From assembly GCA_963675755.2 (NCBI GenBank), contig CAXXMD010000003.1:1664001-1728000 (forward strand): 64,000 nt of DNA, read 5' to 3'. The number at the start of each line of letters is the position of its first letter. Position 1 is the stretch's first letter. Positions 8,801-19,565 of the stretch are shown piece by piece. The position numbers and the translations under genes are program-made. The notes beneath the pieces are model-generated. The model was not told the origin of the DNA, did no database searches, and saw only the letters and a list, made by a program, of their open reading frames with translations. The stretch comes from a bacterium. GTDB lineage: Bacteria > Zhuqueibacterota > Zhuqueibacteria > Residuimicrobiales > Krinioviventaceae.

Positions 8801-11215
8801 ATGAGCAAAGTACAAATACTCTATTTATTATTATTACCCATAACATTATTCGCACAATTGAATACATCTCTCTCCGGTTTGGTTGTTGAAAAAGAAACCG
8901 GAAAGGTACTACCTTTTGCACAAATCGTTTTAACCATGCCGGAAAATCCTGTAATTATTGTTGGTGATTTATCTGATGAAAATGGACGATTTACTTTATC
9001 CGGGATGAAAAGTGGTAATTATACATTAACCTGTTCATTTATTGGATATAAAACAAACAAGGTGCCTGTTTTTATTGGCACCAAAAACAATATTTATAAT
9101 ATAGGTACTATCGCTCTTGAAGCTCAGGTGCTTGAAGGCGAGTCCGTATTTGTAGAAGCAAAACGCTCAATAGTTTCAGAAGGATTGGATAAAAAAACAT
9201 TCAGTGCAGAAGAGTTATTCAACCAATCCGGAGGTTCCGTACTCGAAGCTATGAAATCATTGCCGGGTGTTACAGTGAATCAGGAAGGAAAAGTCCTTTT
9301 GAGAGGTAGTGACAAAGTAGCTGTTTTGATGGATGGTGAGCAATCCAGTTTGACAGGTTTTGGCAATCAAAAAAGTTTGGATAATATACCGGTATCCAAT
9401 ATTGAGCGTATGGAGATTATTAACAATCCTTCCGCAAAATATGATGCATCAGGCATGGCGGGAATTATCAATATTATAAATAAAAAAGAGAAACGTTCGG
9501 GGTTAAATGGGGAAGCCGGTTTTTCGTGGGGTTTAGGCGTTTTGTCTACTCGAAAAGATGACTTGCCAACGCCCCTGGGAAGTTATTCAAAAAATCCGAT
9601 TTATGCACCGAGTTTGAATCTGAATTACAGAAAAAATGATATAAATGTATTTTTGCAATCAGAAGTAATAGATCAGAAACGTCTTCCCAATAACGAATTT
9701 ACCACAAGGATCTATAAAAATGGTGAAAAGATAGTGTCTCAAGTGCCTGAAAACCGGTCACAAACACATTATATTTTTAGTGGTGGTATGGACTGGAAAT
9801 TAAATGACCAGGATTTGCTGACAGTTTCTTCAATTTTTGATTATGAAGGGCATATTGATACTGCTCAAGTACCCTATATTAACCTAAATTCAAATACGCG
9901 AAATCGTCTATGGCATTGGAATGAAGATGAAGTAACCGGTTATGTGAATTATCGGGTTAACTATAAACATCAATATCAGGAAAGAGGTCACGAGTTAAAT
10001 GCAACTTTGCAATATACGCGAGGTTGGGAAGATGAGCAGTATTTTCTAAATGATAGTTCGTATGTGCGTGAATCTGTTGACAATACACATATAGATGCTA
10101 CAGAACACGTAACAACCGCATCATTAGATTATGTAAAACCGACAAGACGGGGTCGAATGGAATCCGGAATTAAAACTCAAATACGGTCCATTCCTGTAAC
10201 CTATGTTACGATTAAAGGAGTGAATTCGATCATTTATCCGGGATTGGGAGACTGGTCAGATTGGGGTGAAAATATTTATTCAGGTTATCTGAATTATATT
10301 TATGAACGCCCCCGATATGCAATTGAAGCCGGTTTCCGGGTTGAGCAGACAAATGTATATTATGAGATTTCTCCAGAGAATATATATTATAACCAAAATG
10401 ATAAATATGATTATCTCGAGCTATTTCCCAATGTTCGTCTCTCATACAGAATGAATTCAGATAACAACATATCTGTATTTTTCAATCGCAGGGTTGACAG
10501 ACCGGATGAAGCAACATTGAGGATTTTCCCAAAATATGATGATCCTGAACTCTTGAAAGTGGGAAACCCCTATTTACGTCCCCAGTTCACCCGGACCATG
10601 GAACTGGCTTATGAGCATAGTTGGCAGAGAGGTTCGTTTTTTCTTTCAGGATATTACCGTCTCATTGATGATCCTTTTACCCGCGTATATAGTATTGATG
10701 AATCCAATGATGAATATGATATAATCAACAAGATATATCAAAATGTTGGCAGTGGCAGTAATTCCGGAGTTGAACTTCTTTTATCACAGCAGATCAAAAA
10801 GAATTTGAAAATTAACGGAAGTTATAATTATTATAACAATATCATAGATGCATATAGCGGTGAATTATTGTTTCCTTATCCCAGGGAGTTTAATATACAG
10901 AAAACTACGGATCTTACCTGGGATATGAAATTGTCAGGACTTTTAACGCCGGCTAATGGCTGGCAAGTTCAGTTAGTTTATATATATTATGCGCCTAAAA
11001 ATATTCCTCAAGGACGACAGTTGTCACGCTCATCTCTTGATTTGGCAGTCAAAAAGAGTGTTTTGGCAAATCGTGCTGAACTGGCGTTTTCTTTTACAGA
11101 CATCCTGAATCAAAACGGAATCCGTCAGGAATTGCATGAAGATACTTTTGACGCAGTGTATGAAAATTATTATGATACCCAGGTTATGAGACTCGGATTC
11201 AAGTATAAATTTTAA
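8801..11215 (+). CDS. TonB-dependent receptor / outer-membrane beta-barrel with N-terminal CarboxypepD_reg-like domain
   Basis: Plug motif IERMEIINNPSAKYDASGMAGIINII, GNPYLRPQF, terminal aromatic LGFKYKF. Confidence 0.88.
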   Translation: MSKVQILYLLLLPITLFAQLNTSLSGLVVEKETGKVLPFAQIVLTMPENPVIIVGDLSDENGRFTLSGMKSGNYTLTCSFIGYKTNKVPVFIGTKNNIYNIGTIALEAQVLEGESVFVEAKRSIVSEGLDKKTFSAEELFNQSGGSVLEAMKSLPGVTVNQEGKVLLRGSDKVAVLMDGEQSSLTGFGNQKSLDNIPVSNIERMEIINNPSAKYDASGMAGIINIINKKEKRSGLNGEAGFSWGLGVLSTRKDDLPTPLGSYSKNPIYAPSLNLNYRKNDINVFLQSEVIDQKRLPNNEFTTRIYKNGEKIVSQVPENRSQTHYIFSGGMDWKLNDQDLLTVSSIFDYEGHIDTAQVPYINLNSNTRNRLWHWNEDEVTGYVNYRVNYKHQYQERGHELNATLQYTRGWEDEQYFLNDSSYVRESVDNTHIDATEHVTTASLDYVKPTRRGRMESGIKTQIRSIPVTYVTIKGVNSIIYPGLGDWSDWGENIYSGYLNYIYERPRYAIEAGFRVEQTNVYYEISPENIYYNQNDKYDYLELFPNVRLSYRMNSDNNISVFFNRRVDRPDEATLRIFPKYDDPELLKVGNPYLRPQFTRTMELAYEHSWQRGSFFLSGYYRLIDDPFTRVYSIDESNDEYDIINKIYQNVGSGSNSGVELLLSQQIKKNLKINGSYNYYNNIIDAYSGELLFPYPREFNIQKTTDLTWDMKLSGLLTPANGWQVQLVYIYYAPKNIPQGRQLSRSSLDLAVKKSVLANRAELAFSFTDILNQNGIRQELHEDTFDAVYENYYDTQVMRLGFKYKF

Positions 11216-11341
11216 TTTCTGTTTTCTCTGTTTCGTTTTCGTATAGATTAAAGCACATGAATGATGGGGGCTTTTCAATGTATAATTCAAATATATTGAT
11301 TCTTTTGCGATATTACAGGCTTTTCCTGAAAGAAGTAAAAT

Positions 11342-11743
11342 ATGATTGATCTTACGCTGGAACAACTGGATGATTATTTAAAATTTCTTTATGAACAATT
11401 GAAAGAATTTAAAAATGATTATTGTATAAATGAAAAAGAGCTGAATCAATTTAATATCGAATTGGCAAAGTTGAAAGAACATGTGTTAAAATCCATTTAT
11501 ATTCCAAAATCCATTAAAGAGCGAATCAATCAACTGGAAATATTTGATTATTCCCGATTATCAAATATTGAAAAGACCAAAAAAGGAATAATTGATTTTA
11601 TTTCAAGGCATAGTTACTATGATCAAGAATCTGAATCGAATGCTGTTGTTTCGTCAAGAGAGATAGAATATATTGAATATTTTTTAATCAATACCAGCCG
11701 GTTAGTTCATATAGAAATTGAAAAGAGAAATGAACGACAATAA
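11342..11743 (+). CDS. Hypothetical protein (AT-rich orphan)
   Basis: 133-aa ORF filling the gap between the receptor and glnS; no recognised motif. Confidence 0.5.
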   Translation: MIDLTLEQLDDYLKFLYEQLKEFKNDYCINEKELNQFNIELAKLKEHVLKSIYIPKSIKERINQLEIFDYSRLSNIEKTKKGIIDFISRHSYYDQESESNAVVSSREIEYIEYFLINTSRLVHIEIEKRNERQ

Positions 11744-11762
11744 TATATTTTCAACTCCTCTC

Positions 11763-11791
11763 TTGCTCTCACCCGAAAAAATCCGTATATT
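11763..11791 (+). promoter_or_regulatory. Sigma70-type promoter of glnS
   Basis: TTGCTC-N17-TATATT. Confidence 0.55.
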
Positions 11792-11839
11792 ACCAGTTTA
11801 ATTCTTGTTTTGCATCAATTCATATACAGGAAATACATT

Positions 11840-13573
11840 ATGTCAGAAAATGAAAACAAACCCGCAGAAACGGAAAAACCGGAAAACGGTGCAACGCCGC
11901 CGCCCCATTTTATCCGTTATATCATTCAGGAAGATATGAAATCCAACAAGTGGGAAGGACGTGTTGTTACCCGTTTCCCGCCCGAACCCAACGGTTATTT
12001 GCATATTGGTCATGCCAAGTCTATATGTCTCAATTTTGGTATGGCGAAGGAAAACGGCGGCAAAACCCATTTGCGTTTTGATGATACCAATCCCATCAAA
12101 GAAGAGCAGGAATATATAGATTCTATTAAACAGGATGTGCAATGGCTCGGTTTTTCGTGGGGTGACCATGAATATTATGCGTCTGATTATTTTGATCAGC
12201 TTTACGAATGGGCAATTCGTCTTATTAAAAAGGGCAAAGCCTATGTGTGCGAACTGACCCCGGAAGAGATGCGTGAATACCGTGGGACCCTCAAAGAACC
12301 CGGCAAAGAAAGCCCGTACCGTAACCGCAGCATTGAAGAAAATCTGGATCTGTTTGAACGCATGCATGCCGGTGAATTCCCGGATGGCTCTAAAACCTTG
12401 CGCGCCAAAGTGGATATGGCATCACCCAATATAAATTTGCGTGATCCTATCATGTATCGTATTTTGCGTGCAACACATCCGCGTACCGGTGACAAGTGGT
12501 GCATTTATCCCATGTATGACTGGGCGCACGGCCAGTCCGATTCTATTGAGCGCATTACCCACTCTATTTGTACTTTGGAATTTGAAGACCATCGTCCCTT
12601 GTACGACTGGTTTCTGGACGAGCTGGAAGAATACCATCCCCAGCAGATCGAGTTTGCGCGCCTCAACCTTACCTATATGGTCATGAGCAAGCGCCGTTTG
12701 TTACGTCTGGTCAAAGAAGGACATGTACGCGGTTGGGATGATCCCCGAATGCCCACCATTTCCGGGTTCCGCCGCAAGGGATTTACGCCGTCATCTATTC
12801 GTACATTTTCAGAACGTGTGGGTGTAGCCAAGCGTAACAGCATGGTAGATTATGCCTTGCTGGAATTCTGTTTGCGTGAAGAGCTCAACAAAACCTCACA
12901 GCGGGTAATGGGTGTATTGCGTCCTTTAAAAGTGACCATAACCAATTATCCTGAAGATCAGGTTGAAGAGATGGAAGCCATCAACAATCCCGAAGATGAA
13001 AGTATGGGCACCCGCAAGGTACCGTTCTGCAAGGAATTGTATGTAGAACAAACCGATTTTATGGAAGACGCTCCTAAAAAGTTTTTCAGACTGAAACCCG
13101 GTGGCGAAGTTCGGTTGCGTTACGCGTATTACATCACCTGTAATGAGGTTATCAAAGATGATGATGGTAATGTTGTTGAACTCAAATGTACCTACGATCC
13201 GGAATCCAAAGGCGGTGGCACACCTGATGGACGCAGAGTAAAAGGAACCATTCACTGGGTTTCTGCACGTCATGCTGTACCAGCTGAAGTTCGTTTGTAT
13301 GAGCACTTGTTGACCATCGCAGATGCTGCCGGTGATGTTGAAGAAGGCAAAGACTTTTTGGATTATATGAATCCCAACTCTTTGGAAGTACTTGAAAACG
13401 CTCTGGTAGAGCCGTTTCTGAAAAATGTTAAACCGGGTGTGAATCTGCAGTTTGAACGACACGGATATTTCTATACAGACCCCGATACGACTGATGATAA
13501 AGCAGTATTTAATCGTACTGCAACCCTTCGCGATACCTGGGGTAAAATGGTTCAACAGAATAAACATCAATAG
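11840..13573 (+). CDS. glnS: Glutamine--tRNA ligase
   Basis: [54 protein letters not shown]; ATG 11840 after agga. Confidence 0.97.
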   Translation: MSENENKPAETEKPENGATPPPHFIRYIIQEDMKSNKWEGRVVTRFPPEPNGYLHIGHAKSICLNFGMAKENGGKTHLRFDDTNPIKEEQEYIDSIKQDVQWLGFSWGDHEYYASDYFDQLYEWAIRLIKKGKAYVCELTPEEMREYRGTLKEPGKESPYRNRSIEENLDLFERMHAGEFPDGSKTLRAKVDMASPNINLRDPIMYRILRATHPRTGDKWCIYPMYDWAHGQSDSIERITHSICTLEFEDHRPLYDWFLDELEEYHPQQIEFARLNLTYMVMSKRRLLRLVKEGHVRGWDDPRMPTISGFRRKGFTPSSIRTFSERVGVAKRNSMVDYALLEFCLREELNKTSQRVMGVLRPLKVTITNYPEDQVEEMEAINNPEDESMGTRKVPFCKELYVEQTDFMEDAPKKFFRLKPGGEVRLRYAYYITCNEVIKDDDGNVVELKCTYDPESKGGGTPDGRRVKGTIHWVSARHAVPAEVRLYEHLLTIADAAGDVEEGKDFLDYMNPNSLEVLENALVEPFLKNVKPGVNLQFERHGYFYTDPDTTDDKAVFNRTATLRDTWGKMVQQNKHQ

Positions 13574-13581
13574 TTTGTAAT

Positions 13582-13617
13582 AAACAAGCCCGGTCTTTCA
13601 TGACCGGGCTTGTTTTT
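13582..13617 (+). terminator. Rho-independent terminator after glnS
   Basis: aaacaagcccggtc-tttcat-gaccgggcttgttt, then T-run. Confidence 0.85.
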
Positions 13618-13626
13618 AGGCTGCTT

Positions 13627-14832
13627 ATGAAATCAATCGTCACAATATCTATGCTTTTGTGCGTGTTTGCAACGGGTATATATTCTCAAATACCCCAATT
13701 CGGCAGCAGGCAGAACCTGGGTGAAATAGAGAATGCGGATATTGATGAAGCTTCCGGTTTGGCTGCCAGCCGTAAAAATTCTGGTGTGCTCTGGACACAT
13801 AATGATTCAGGCGACAATGCCAGAATATTTGCTTTGGATTTGCAGGGCAGACACGTGGGGGAATTCAAGATCGAAAACATCAGCAATCGTGATTGGGAAG
13901 ACCTTGCCATTGGTCCCGGCCCGGTTGAGGGTGAGGTTTATCTGTACATTGCGGATATAGGGGACAATGATTATGAACACAATAATAAGTACATTTACCG
14001 TATCCCGGAGCCGGGTGTAAATCCTGCGGCGGAAGCTATTGATACGGTTTTGACGGGTGCGGAAACCATTACCTTTCGCTATCCGGGTGCCCGTTACAAC
14101 GCGGAAACCCTGATGCTTGATCCATTAACCCGAGACCTTTACATTGTAACCAAACAATCAGGATCTGCCGATGTGTTTCGCCTGCCTTATCCGCAATCCA
14201 CAACCGAGACGATGATTGCCGAACATCTCATCACCCTTGATCTGTATGGTGGCGATTTTGGGACGATAGTGGGGGGAGACATTTCTGCAAACGGTCTGGA
14301 GATGCTCATCAAATCCTATTACCAGATATTTTACCGCAGCAGGACGGACAGTACAACCTCCTGGCAGAAAGTACTGCAAACCGAGGCGGTCAGTGTACCC
14401 TATATCGCTGAACCGCAGGGAGAAGCGGTTTGCTGGGCTGCTGACGGATCAGGGTATTATACGCTTAGTGAAGAGACTCTGGATATGGAAGCAGATCTTT
14501 ATTTTTATCCGCGATTGAATGAAACCGGATTACAGGAGCCAGCAGAAACACCGGAACGTTTTGTGTTGAATGCAAACTATCCCAATCCTTTTAATTTATC
14601 CACAACCTTATCATATCGATTGAACGAGACCGGAAAGACCTCATTTGAAATCTATTCTATCACAGGGGAATTGATACGTATTCTGGTATCATCAATTAAA
14701 ACTCCGGGGGAATATAGCGTTCATTGGGACGGGTGTGACAATTTCGGGGACCCGGTTGCGAGTGGGGTGTACTTGTATCGTCTGCAATCCGGTGGTTTTA
14801 GCCAAACACGTCGAATGCTGCTTTTGAAATAA
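13627..14832 (+). CDS. Secreted beta-propeller protein with C-terminal T9SS-type A/FlgD-Ig sorting domain
   Basis: Signal peptide; EASGLAAS, WTHNDSG, DWEDLAIG, YIADIGDN, QGEAV; CTD NYPNPFN...ASGVYLYRL...RRMLLLK. Confidence 0.75.
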   Translation: MKSIVTISMLLCVFATGIYSQIPQFGSRQNLGEIENADIDEASGLAASRKNSGVLWTHNDSGDNARIFALDLQGRHVGEFKIENISNRDWEDLAIGPGPVEGEVYLYIADIGDNDYEHNNKYIYRIPEPGVNPAAEAIDTVLTGAETITFRYPGARYNAETLMLDPLTRDLYIVTKQSGSADVFRLPYPQSTTETMIAEHLITLDLYGGDFGTIVGGDISANGLEMLIKSYYQIFYRSRTDSTTSWQKVLQTEAVSVPYIAEPQGEAVCWAADGSGYYTLSEETLDMEADLYFYPRLNETGLQEPAETPERFVLNANYPNPFNLSTTLSYRLNETGKTSFEIYSITGELIRILVSSIKTPGEYSVHWDGCDNFGDPVASGVYLYRLQSGGFSQTRRMLLLK

Positions 14833-14908
14833 GAATCCTGAAAACCAATCTCATAACTGAAATAATCCGACAGTGAAAAATCGTTTAATAGATGTAATGG
14901 AGACGGTT

Positions 14909-16063
14909 ATGAAAACAATAATACTTTTAATTACAATGTTGCTGTTGGGGAGTTCTGTAGTGTCTGCAAGTGAGCAGGTACCGGTAATTTTGCATGATGA
15001 ACCGGGGTGGGTGATTGATGCAAATGAGAATAACATATATACAATTTTTGGAGAAATTCAGGGCTTTTCTGCAGCCCGGTTTTACTTGAAAAAAGAGACG
15101 GTAATATTGCATGTTATCCGTAATAATGATAGCCATGCTCAAATTGTTATTACAGATATGCCGTTGACAGTATATGAACAGTTGGTTAGTGCTGCCGAAA
15201 AGAGAATAAATGCTGTGAAAAAAGGGGACTCTTTTATTGATGCTTTGTACACCCTGGATGATGATATCTGGCAGGAACAATCGAGTATGAAGCGCATCAC
15301 GCTGACCGATGGTAGCAAGCTGGTGGTGACTTTTCAAAAAGCCAAACAGGATACCCTGTTTGCCCAGACTCGGGGTGGAGTGGTTATGACCATACCGGAT
15401 GTTAGTATTGTATCTGTACAGGACCTGGAAAACGAGTTGTCAGATAGTAAATATTACCGTATAGATCCCAATACCTCACGAATGTTCTTTGCACCTACAG
15501 GGCGGGGTGTACCCAAAGGCACAGGTTATTTTGCGGATTACTGGGTGTTTTTTCCTACCGTGGCTTATGGCATAACCTCTCATTTTACCCTCAGTGGAGG
15601 AATGTCTATTTTGCCGGGAGCGGACGAACAAGTGTTTCATTTGGCACCCAAACTCGCTTTTAATATTTCACCCACTGTGGATATTGCAACCGGTATTCTT
15701 TATTTGACAGTACCCGGTGAAGAGGATGCGGATCTGGGACTCGGATTTGCAGTAGCTACATTTGGGAATGAACTCAAAAGCTTGACCCTGGGTGTGGGCA
15801 TACCCATAACAGATTTTGATAGCGATAGTCCTTTGCTGCTTATCGGTGGAGAAACCCAGGTTTCCAACAGTGTTAAGCTCATTACCGAAAACTGGATTTT
15901 CCCGGGGGGAAATGACGGCACTATACTGTTTTCGGGAGGGATTCGGTTTTTCGGTGATAAAGTCGCAGTAGATTTGGCATTGCTCACAGCTATAGAAGCC
16001 TTTGAAGAAGGCGGCTGGCCATTTTTTCCCTGGGTAGATTTTTCCTATTGCTTTGGAAAGTGA
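14909..16063 (+). CDS. Hypothetical outer-membrane protein (C-terminal beta-barrel-like)
   Basis: Signal peptide after ggag RBS; C-terminal half with alternating beta-strands ending WVDFSYCFGK. Confidence 0.6.
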   Translation: MKTIILLITMLLLGSSVVSASEQVPVILHDEPGWVIDANENNIYTIFGEIQGFSAARFYLKKETVILHVIRNNDSHAQIVITDMPLTVYEQLVSAAEKRINAVKKGDSFIDALYTLDDDIWQEQSSMKRITLTDGSKLVVTFQKAKQDTLFAQTRGGVVMTIPDVSIVSVQDLENELSDSKYYRIDPNTSRMFFAPTGRGVPKGTGYFADYWVFFPTVAYGITSHFTLSGGMSILPGADEQVFHLAPKLAFNISPTVDIATGILYLTVPGEEDADLGLGFAVATFGNELKSLTLGVGIPITDFDSDSPLLLIGGETQVSNSVKLITENWIFPGGNDGTILFSGGIRFFGDKVAVDLALLTAIEAFEEGGWPFFPWVDFSYCFGK

Positions 16064-16182
16064 GAAAATCATTTTTCAAAATACTGTGATAATGAAATCC
16101 TGTTAAAAATTTTCCAAGCTTTAAATGTTAGAATTTTTTATATTGGCTTTGTAGGAAGAGATGTGATATTCAAGAGGTTGAG

Positions 16183-18324
16183 ATGAAAAGAATTCTAATG
16201 TTGCTGCTGATAGCAGTTTCGGCAAACGTGTATGCACAAGCGAATGTTAGAGCGGTTTTTACCAACGAAAACATTGACATTGACGGGTATCTGGATGAAG
16301 CTGTATGGACGTCAGCTGAACCCATTACCGAGTTTTACCAGCGGGAACCGGATGTAGGTGAACCTTGTTCCGAAAAAACAGAAGTCTATGTTTTGTACGA
16401 CAAGGACAATCTTTACATCGGCTGCAAGCTGTATGATGATCCCAAACTGATCACCGCCAAAGAAGTGGCGCGTGATGCCAGCCTGGGAAGTGAAGATGCC
16501 ATTAAAATCATTATCGATACTTTTTTAGACAAGCGAAATGCATTCTGGTTTCAGATCAATGCCCGTGGCTGTATGGGTGATGCGCTTATTTCGCAAAATG
16601 GTGCTGTATTTAACAAGTCGTGGGACGGCATCTGGATTGGTCGTTCCAAAGTTGTTGAGGATGGCTGGACCACCGAGATTGCCATACCTTTTAAAACATT
16701 CAGTTTTAATAAAAACCAGACTACATGGGGATTCAAGCTTAATCGAAATATTGCAAGAAAGCAAGAGAATGCATTCTGGCCTGTTGCCAATGTAGATTCT
16801 TATAAATTCCAGGTATCAGACGCAGGCCCACTTGAAGGATTAAAAGATTTGTCACAGGGCATTGGACTGGATATCAGTCCCTATGCTTTGTTTGGAATGG
16901 ATAATGAACCCTCGGAGGATCGCGAGTATCCTGTTGATGCGGGTGTGGATATGTTTTACCAGATCACTCCTTCAGTCAAAAGCGCGTTGACCGTAAATAC
17001 GGACTTTGCCCAGACCGAAGTGGATGACCGTATGATCAACCTGACCCGTTTCCCCCTGCTTTTCCCGGAAAAACGTGATTTCTTTTTGGATGGTGCGGGC
17101 TATTTTAATTTTGGATTAGAGCTGGACAACCGAGATAATCCTTATGCCAACAAGCTGATCCCGTTCTTCTCCCGACGTATCGGGTTGGACGGCAATGGAA
17201 ATCCTGTACCCATCAAATGGGGCGGCAAAGTAACCGGACAAATTGGTCAATGGAACATGGGCTTGCTGGCAATTGCAGACGAGCGTGACGACAAAAACCA
17301 GGAATATGCGGTAGCGAGAATCTCACGTAATATTGGCGGGCAATCCTCTATTGGGTTTATCGGGACGACTGGTAATTCCGTTGGTGATGCAGACAATCAT
17401 GTGATAGGCGCGGATGTTAAACTGGCAACTTCGAATTTCAGAGGAAATCAGAATCTGGGTGTAATACTGTTTGGATTAAAATCCTCAACTGACGGTTTGT
17501 CTGGTAATGATATGTCGTGGGGTGGTGATATTATTTATCCCAATGATTTTCTTTACATCCGTACCGGATTCCATGAAATTGGCGACAATTTTCTGCCCGG
17601 AATCGGTTTCCAGAAACGCAGCGGAATCCGGGAAACCTATGGAAATATTGCTGTGGGACCGCGACCCAATCGTTGGGGCATTATGCAATATTATATAAAG
17701 ACGGGTTATGATTATATCACCAACATGGACAATGAGTTGGAAACACGTGAACTTGAGCTGACGCCCTTGAGCGTCCGCTTTAAAACCGGAGATCAGTTCG
17801 AGGTCGCTATGCTGCCCACGTATGAGCGGTTGAGCAGTGATTTTGCAATTCATACCGATCACACCATACCAACAGATATATATGAATTTAACCGTTTTCA
17901 AACGAGTGTAACCAGTGCGCAGCACAGAAAAGCCTGGGTGGGCTTGTCTTATGAATGGGGCGATTTTTATACCGGCAACCGTCAGGAAACTGTATTGGAA
18001 TCGGGATTCAAAATAGGTGTACCATTTTATCTGGGTGTTGCGTATGAGCACAATTCGGTGTCACTGGCTACCGGTGATTTTGATACGGATGTGATGCGCG
18101 TAAATTTCAACTTTTTGTTCAGTCCCAATGTAACATTGTACAATTTTGTTCAATATGATAATTTATCCAAAAAAATGGGAATTCAATCCCGCTTTGTGTG
18201 GATCATGAAACCCGGGAATGAAATTTTACTGGTTTGGAGAACTATTGCTCAGGATCCGTTTGATCACTGGGAAACTCAGGAAGATAACGCGCGTATGAAA
18301 CTCAGATACAATTACAGGTTCTAA
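16183..18324 (+). CDS. Carbohydrate-binding family 9-like / DUF5916 outer-membrane protein
   Basis: IDGYLDEAVW, GWTTEIAIPF, NTDFAQTEVD..NLTRFPLLFPEKRDFFLDG, terminal YNYRF. Confidence 0.85.
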   Translation: MKRILMLLLIAVSANVYAQANVRAVFTNENIDIDGYLDEAVWTSAEPITEFYQREPDVGEPCSEKTEVYVLYDKDNLYIGCKLYDDPKLITAKEVARDASLGSEDAIKIIIDTFLDKRNAFWFQINARGCMGDALISQNGAVFNKSWDGIWIGRSKVVEDGWTTEIAIPFKTFSFNKNQTTWGFKLNRNIARKQENAFWPVANVDSYKFQVSDAGPLEGLKDLSQGIGLDISPYALFGMDNEPSEDREYPVDAGVDMFYQITPSVKSALTVNTDFAQTEVDDRMINLTRFPLLFPEKRDFFLDGAGYFNFGLELDNRDNPYANKLIPFFSRRIGLDGNGNPVPIKWGGKVTGQIGQWNMGLLAIADERDDKNQEYAVARISRNIGGQSSIGFIGTTGNSVGDADNHVIGADVKLATSNFRGNQNLGVILFGLKSSTDGLSGNDMSWGGDIIYPNDFLYIRTGFHEIGDNFLPGIGFQKRSGIRETYGNIAVGPRPNRWGIMQYYIKTGYDYITNMDNELETRELELTPLSVRFKTGDQFEVAMLPTYERLSSDFAIHTDHTIPTDIYEFNRFQTSVTSAQHRKAWVGLSYEWGDFYTGNRQETVLESGFKIGVPFYLGVAYEHNSVSLATGDFDTDVMRVNFNFLFSPNVTLYNFVQYDNLSKKMGIQSRFVWIMKPGNEILLVWRTIAQDPFDHWETQEDNARMKLRYNYRF

Positions 18325-18332
18325 GAGATTGT

Positions 18333-18986
18333 ATGTATACAGAACTCGATATACAAAGCTGGCCGCGCAAGGACCAGTATAATTTTTTCAAGGATTTTGA
18401 TATTCCGTTTTTCAACATCTGCGCCGATATTGATGTAACGTCTTTGGTGCAAATGTCTAAATTAAAAAAAGTCTCTTTTTTTATAGCGTCATTATATGCT
18501 TCCACCCGTGCTGTGAACGAGGTGGAAGCGTTTCGCTATCGTATCAAAGACGATAAGGTCATTGTTTACGATGTGATCCATGCCGGATCAACAGTGCTTT
18601 ACAAGGATGAAACCTTTGGATTTTGTTATTTCCCCTGGGACCCGGATTATAAAACGTTTTCGGAACAGTCTTTAAAAATCCTGCAAGAATTTACAGGAAA
18701 AAAAGAAACCCTGAATCCCCGTGTCGAACAGGATGATCTCATTCATTATTCAATAGTACCCTGGATCCGCTTTACCAGCATCTCTCATGCCCGCAAGTTC
18801 AGAAGCGGTGACTCTATCCCCAAGATAGTTTTTGGCAAGTATTTTCAACAGGAGGGCGTTTGGAAAATGCCCGTCTCTGTTGAGGTCCATCACGCGCTTT
18901 TGGACGCGCTGCATGTGGCCAAATATTTTGATGTGTTTCAAGAGACGATCTGTAATTTTTCATCCATGGTTAAAAGCTCTGTGTGA
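18333..18986 (+). CDS. CatA-like O-acetyltransferase (chloramphenicol acetyltransferase family)
   Basis: WPRKDQYNFF, SIVPWIRFTS, PKIVFGKY, VHHALLDALH (catalytic His region). Confidence 0.85.
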   Translation: MYTELDIQSWPRKDQYNFFKDFDIPFFNICADIDVTSLVQMSKLKKVSFFIASLYASTRAVNEVEAFRYRIKDDKVIVYDVIHAGSTVLYKDETFGFCYFPWDPDYKTFSEQSLKILQEFTGKKETLNPRVEQDDLIHYSIVPWIRFTSISHARKFRSGDSIPKIVFGKYFQQEGVWKMPVSVEVHHALLDALHVAKYFDVFQETICNFSSMVKSSV

Positions 18987-19046
18987 TTGAAATATTCATA
19001 TTACTCAGGATATGGATTGTCGATTCTTATAACCAAGGGGGAGTAA

Positions 19047-19484
19047 ATGAAAAAAGGACAAATTTGTTTATTAATAATCATTCTGTTAGTATGGCCGTAT
19101 CTTTCAAGAAAAAATTTGTATCTTGTAAATATGCGACATTATATTATTCCTGTTGAAGTGAGAACAAGTATTATCAATGCCGGATTTATTATTCCTCATT
19201 TTACAAATATTACATTAAAAGATATCAAAAAAATATTTACCCTTTGTGATAATGTTATGATGATCACAATGGAAGAATCAAATGAATATTGTAGAATAAG
19301 TGCGTCAACACCGGTATTTTATTCAGCAATATTGCAAATATCTTTTTATGCGAGGATAGAGAATGAAACTTTTTATGGAGATGATATGGGGTCTGGAAGA
19401 GAGCATTATATTTGGACACCATGGCGATGGTATCATGTAAAAAATGATTATTTTTTCAATACACCTGATTTAAAGTTGAATTAG
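19047..19484 (+). CDS. Hypothetical membrane-anchored protein
   Basis: ggggag RBS, hydrophobic N-terminus, AT-rich, no recognised motif. Confidence 0.5.
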   Translation: MKKGQICLLIIILLVWPYLSRKNLYLVNMRHYIIPVEVRTSIINAGFIIPHFTNITLKDIKKIFTLCDNVMMITMEESNEYCRISASTPVFYSAILQISFYARIENETFYGDDMGSGREHYIWTPWRWYHVKNDYFFNTPDLKLN

Positions 19485-19498
19485 AAACAGATAATCCC

Positions 19499-19527
19499 TT
19501 GTACTTTTTCCACAATCCCTGTATCTT
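19499..19527 (+). promoter_or_regulatory. Putative sigma70-type promoter of the GH31 gene
   Basis: TTGTAC-N17-TATCTT. Confidence 0.4.
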
Positions 19528-19565
19528 GATTTGAATATTATTTTACCCTGTAATTGGGAGACAAT

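Noticed and set aside
12926-13570. 214-aa ORF on - strand
   Set aside because: Antisense to glnS; typical of biased codon usage.
14596-14604. Perfect DnaA box TTATCCACA
   Set aside because: Single copy inside a CDS; no cluster indicating oriC.
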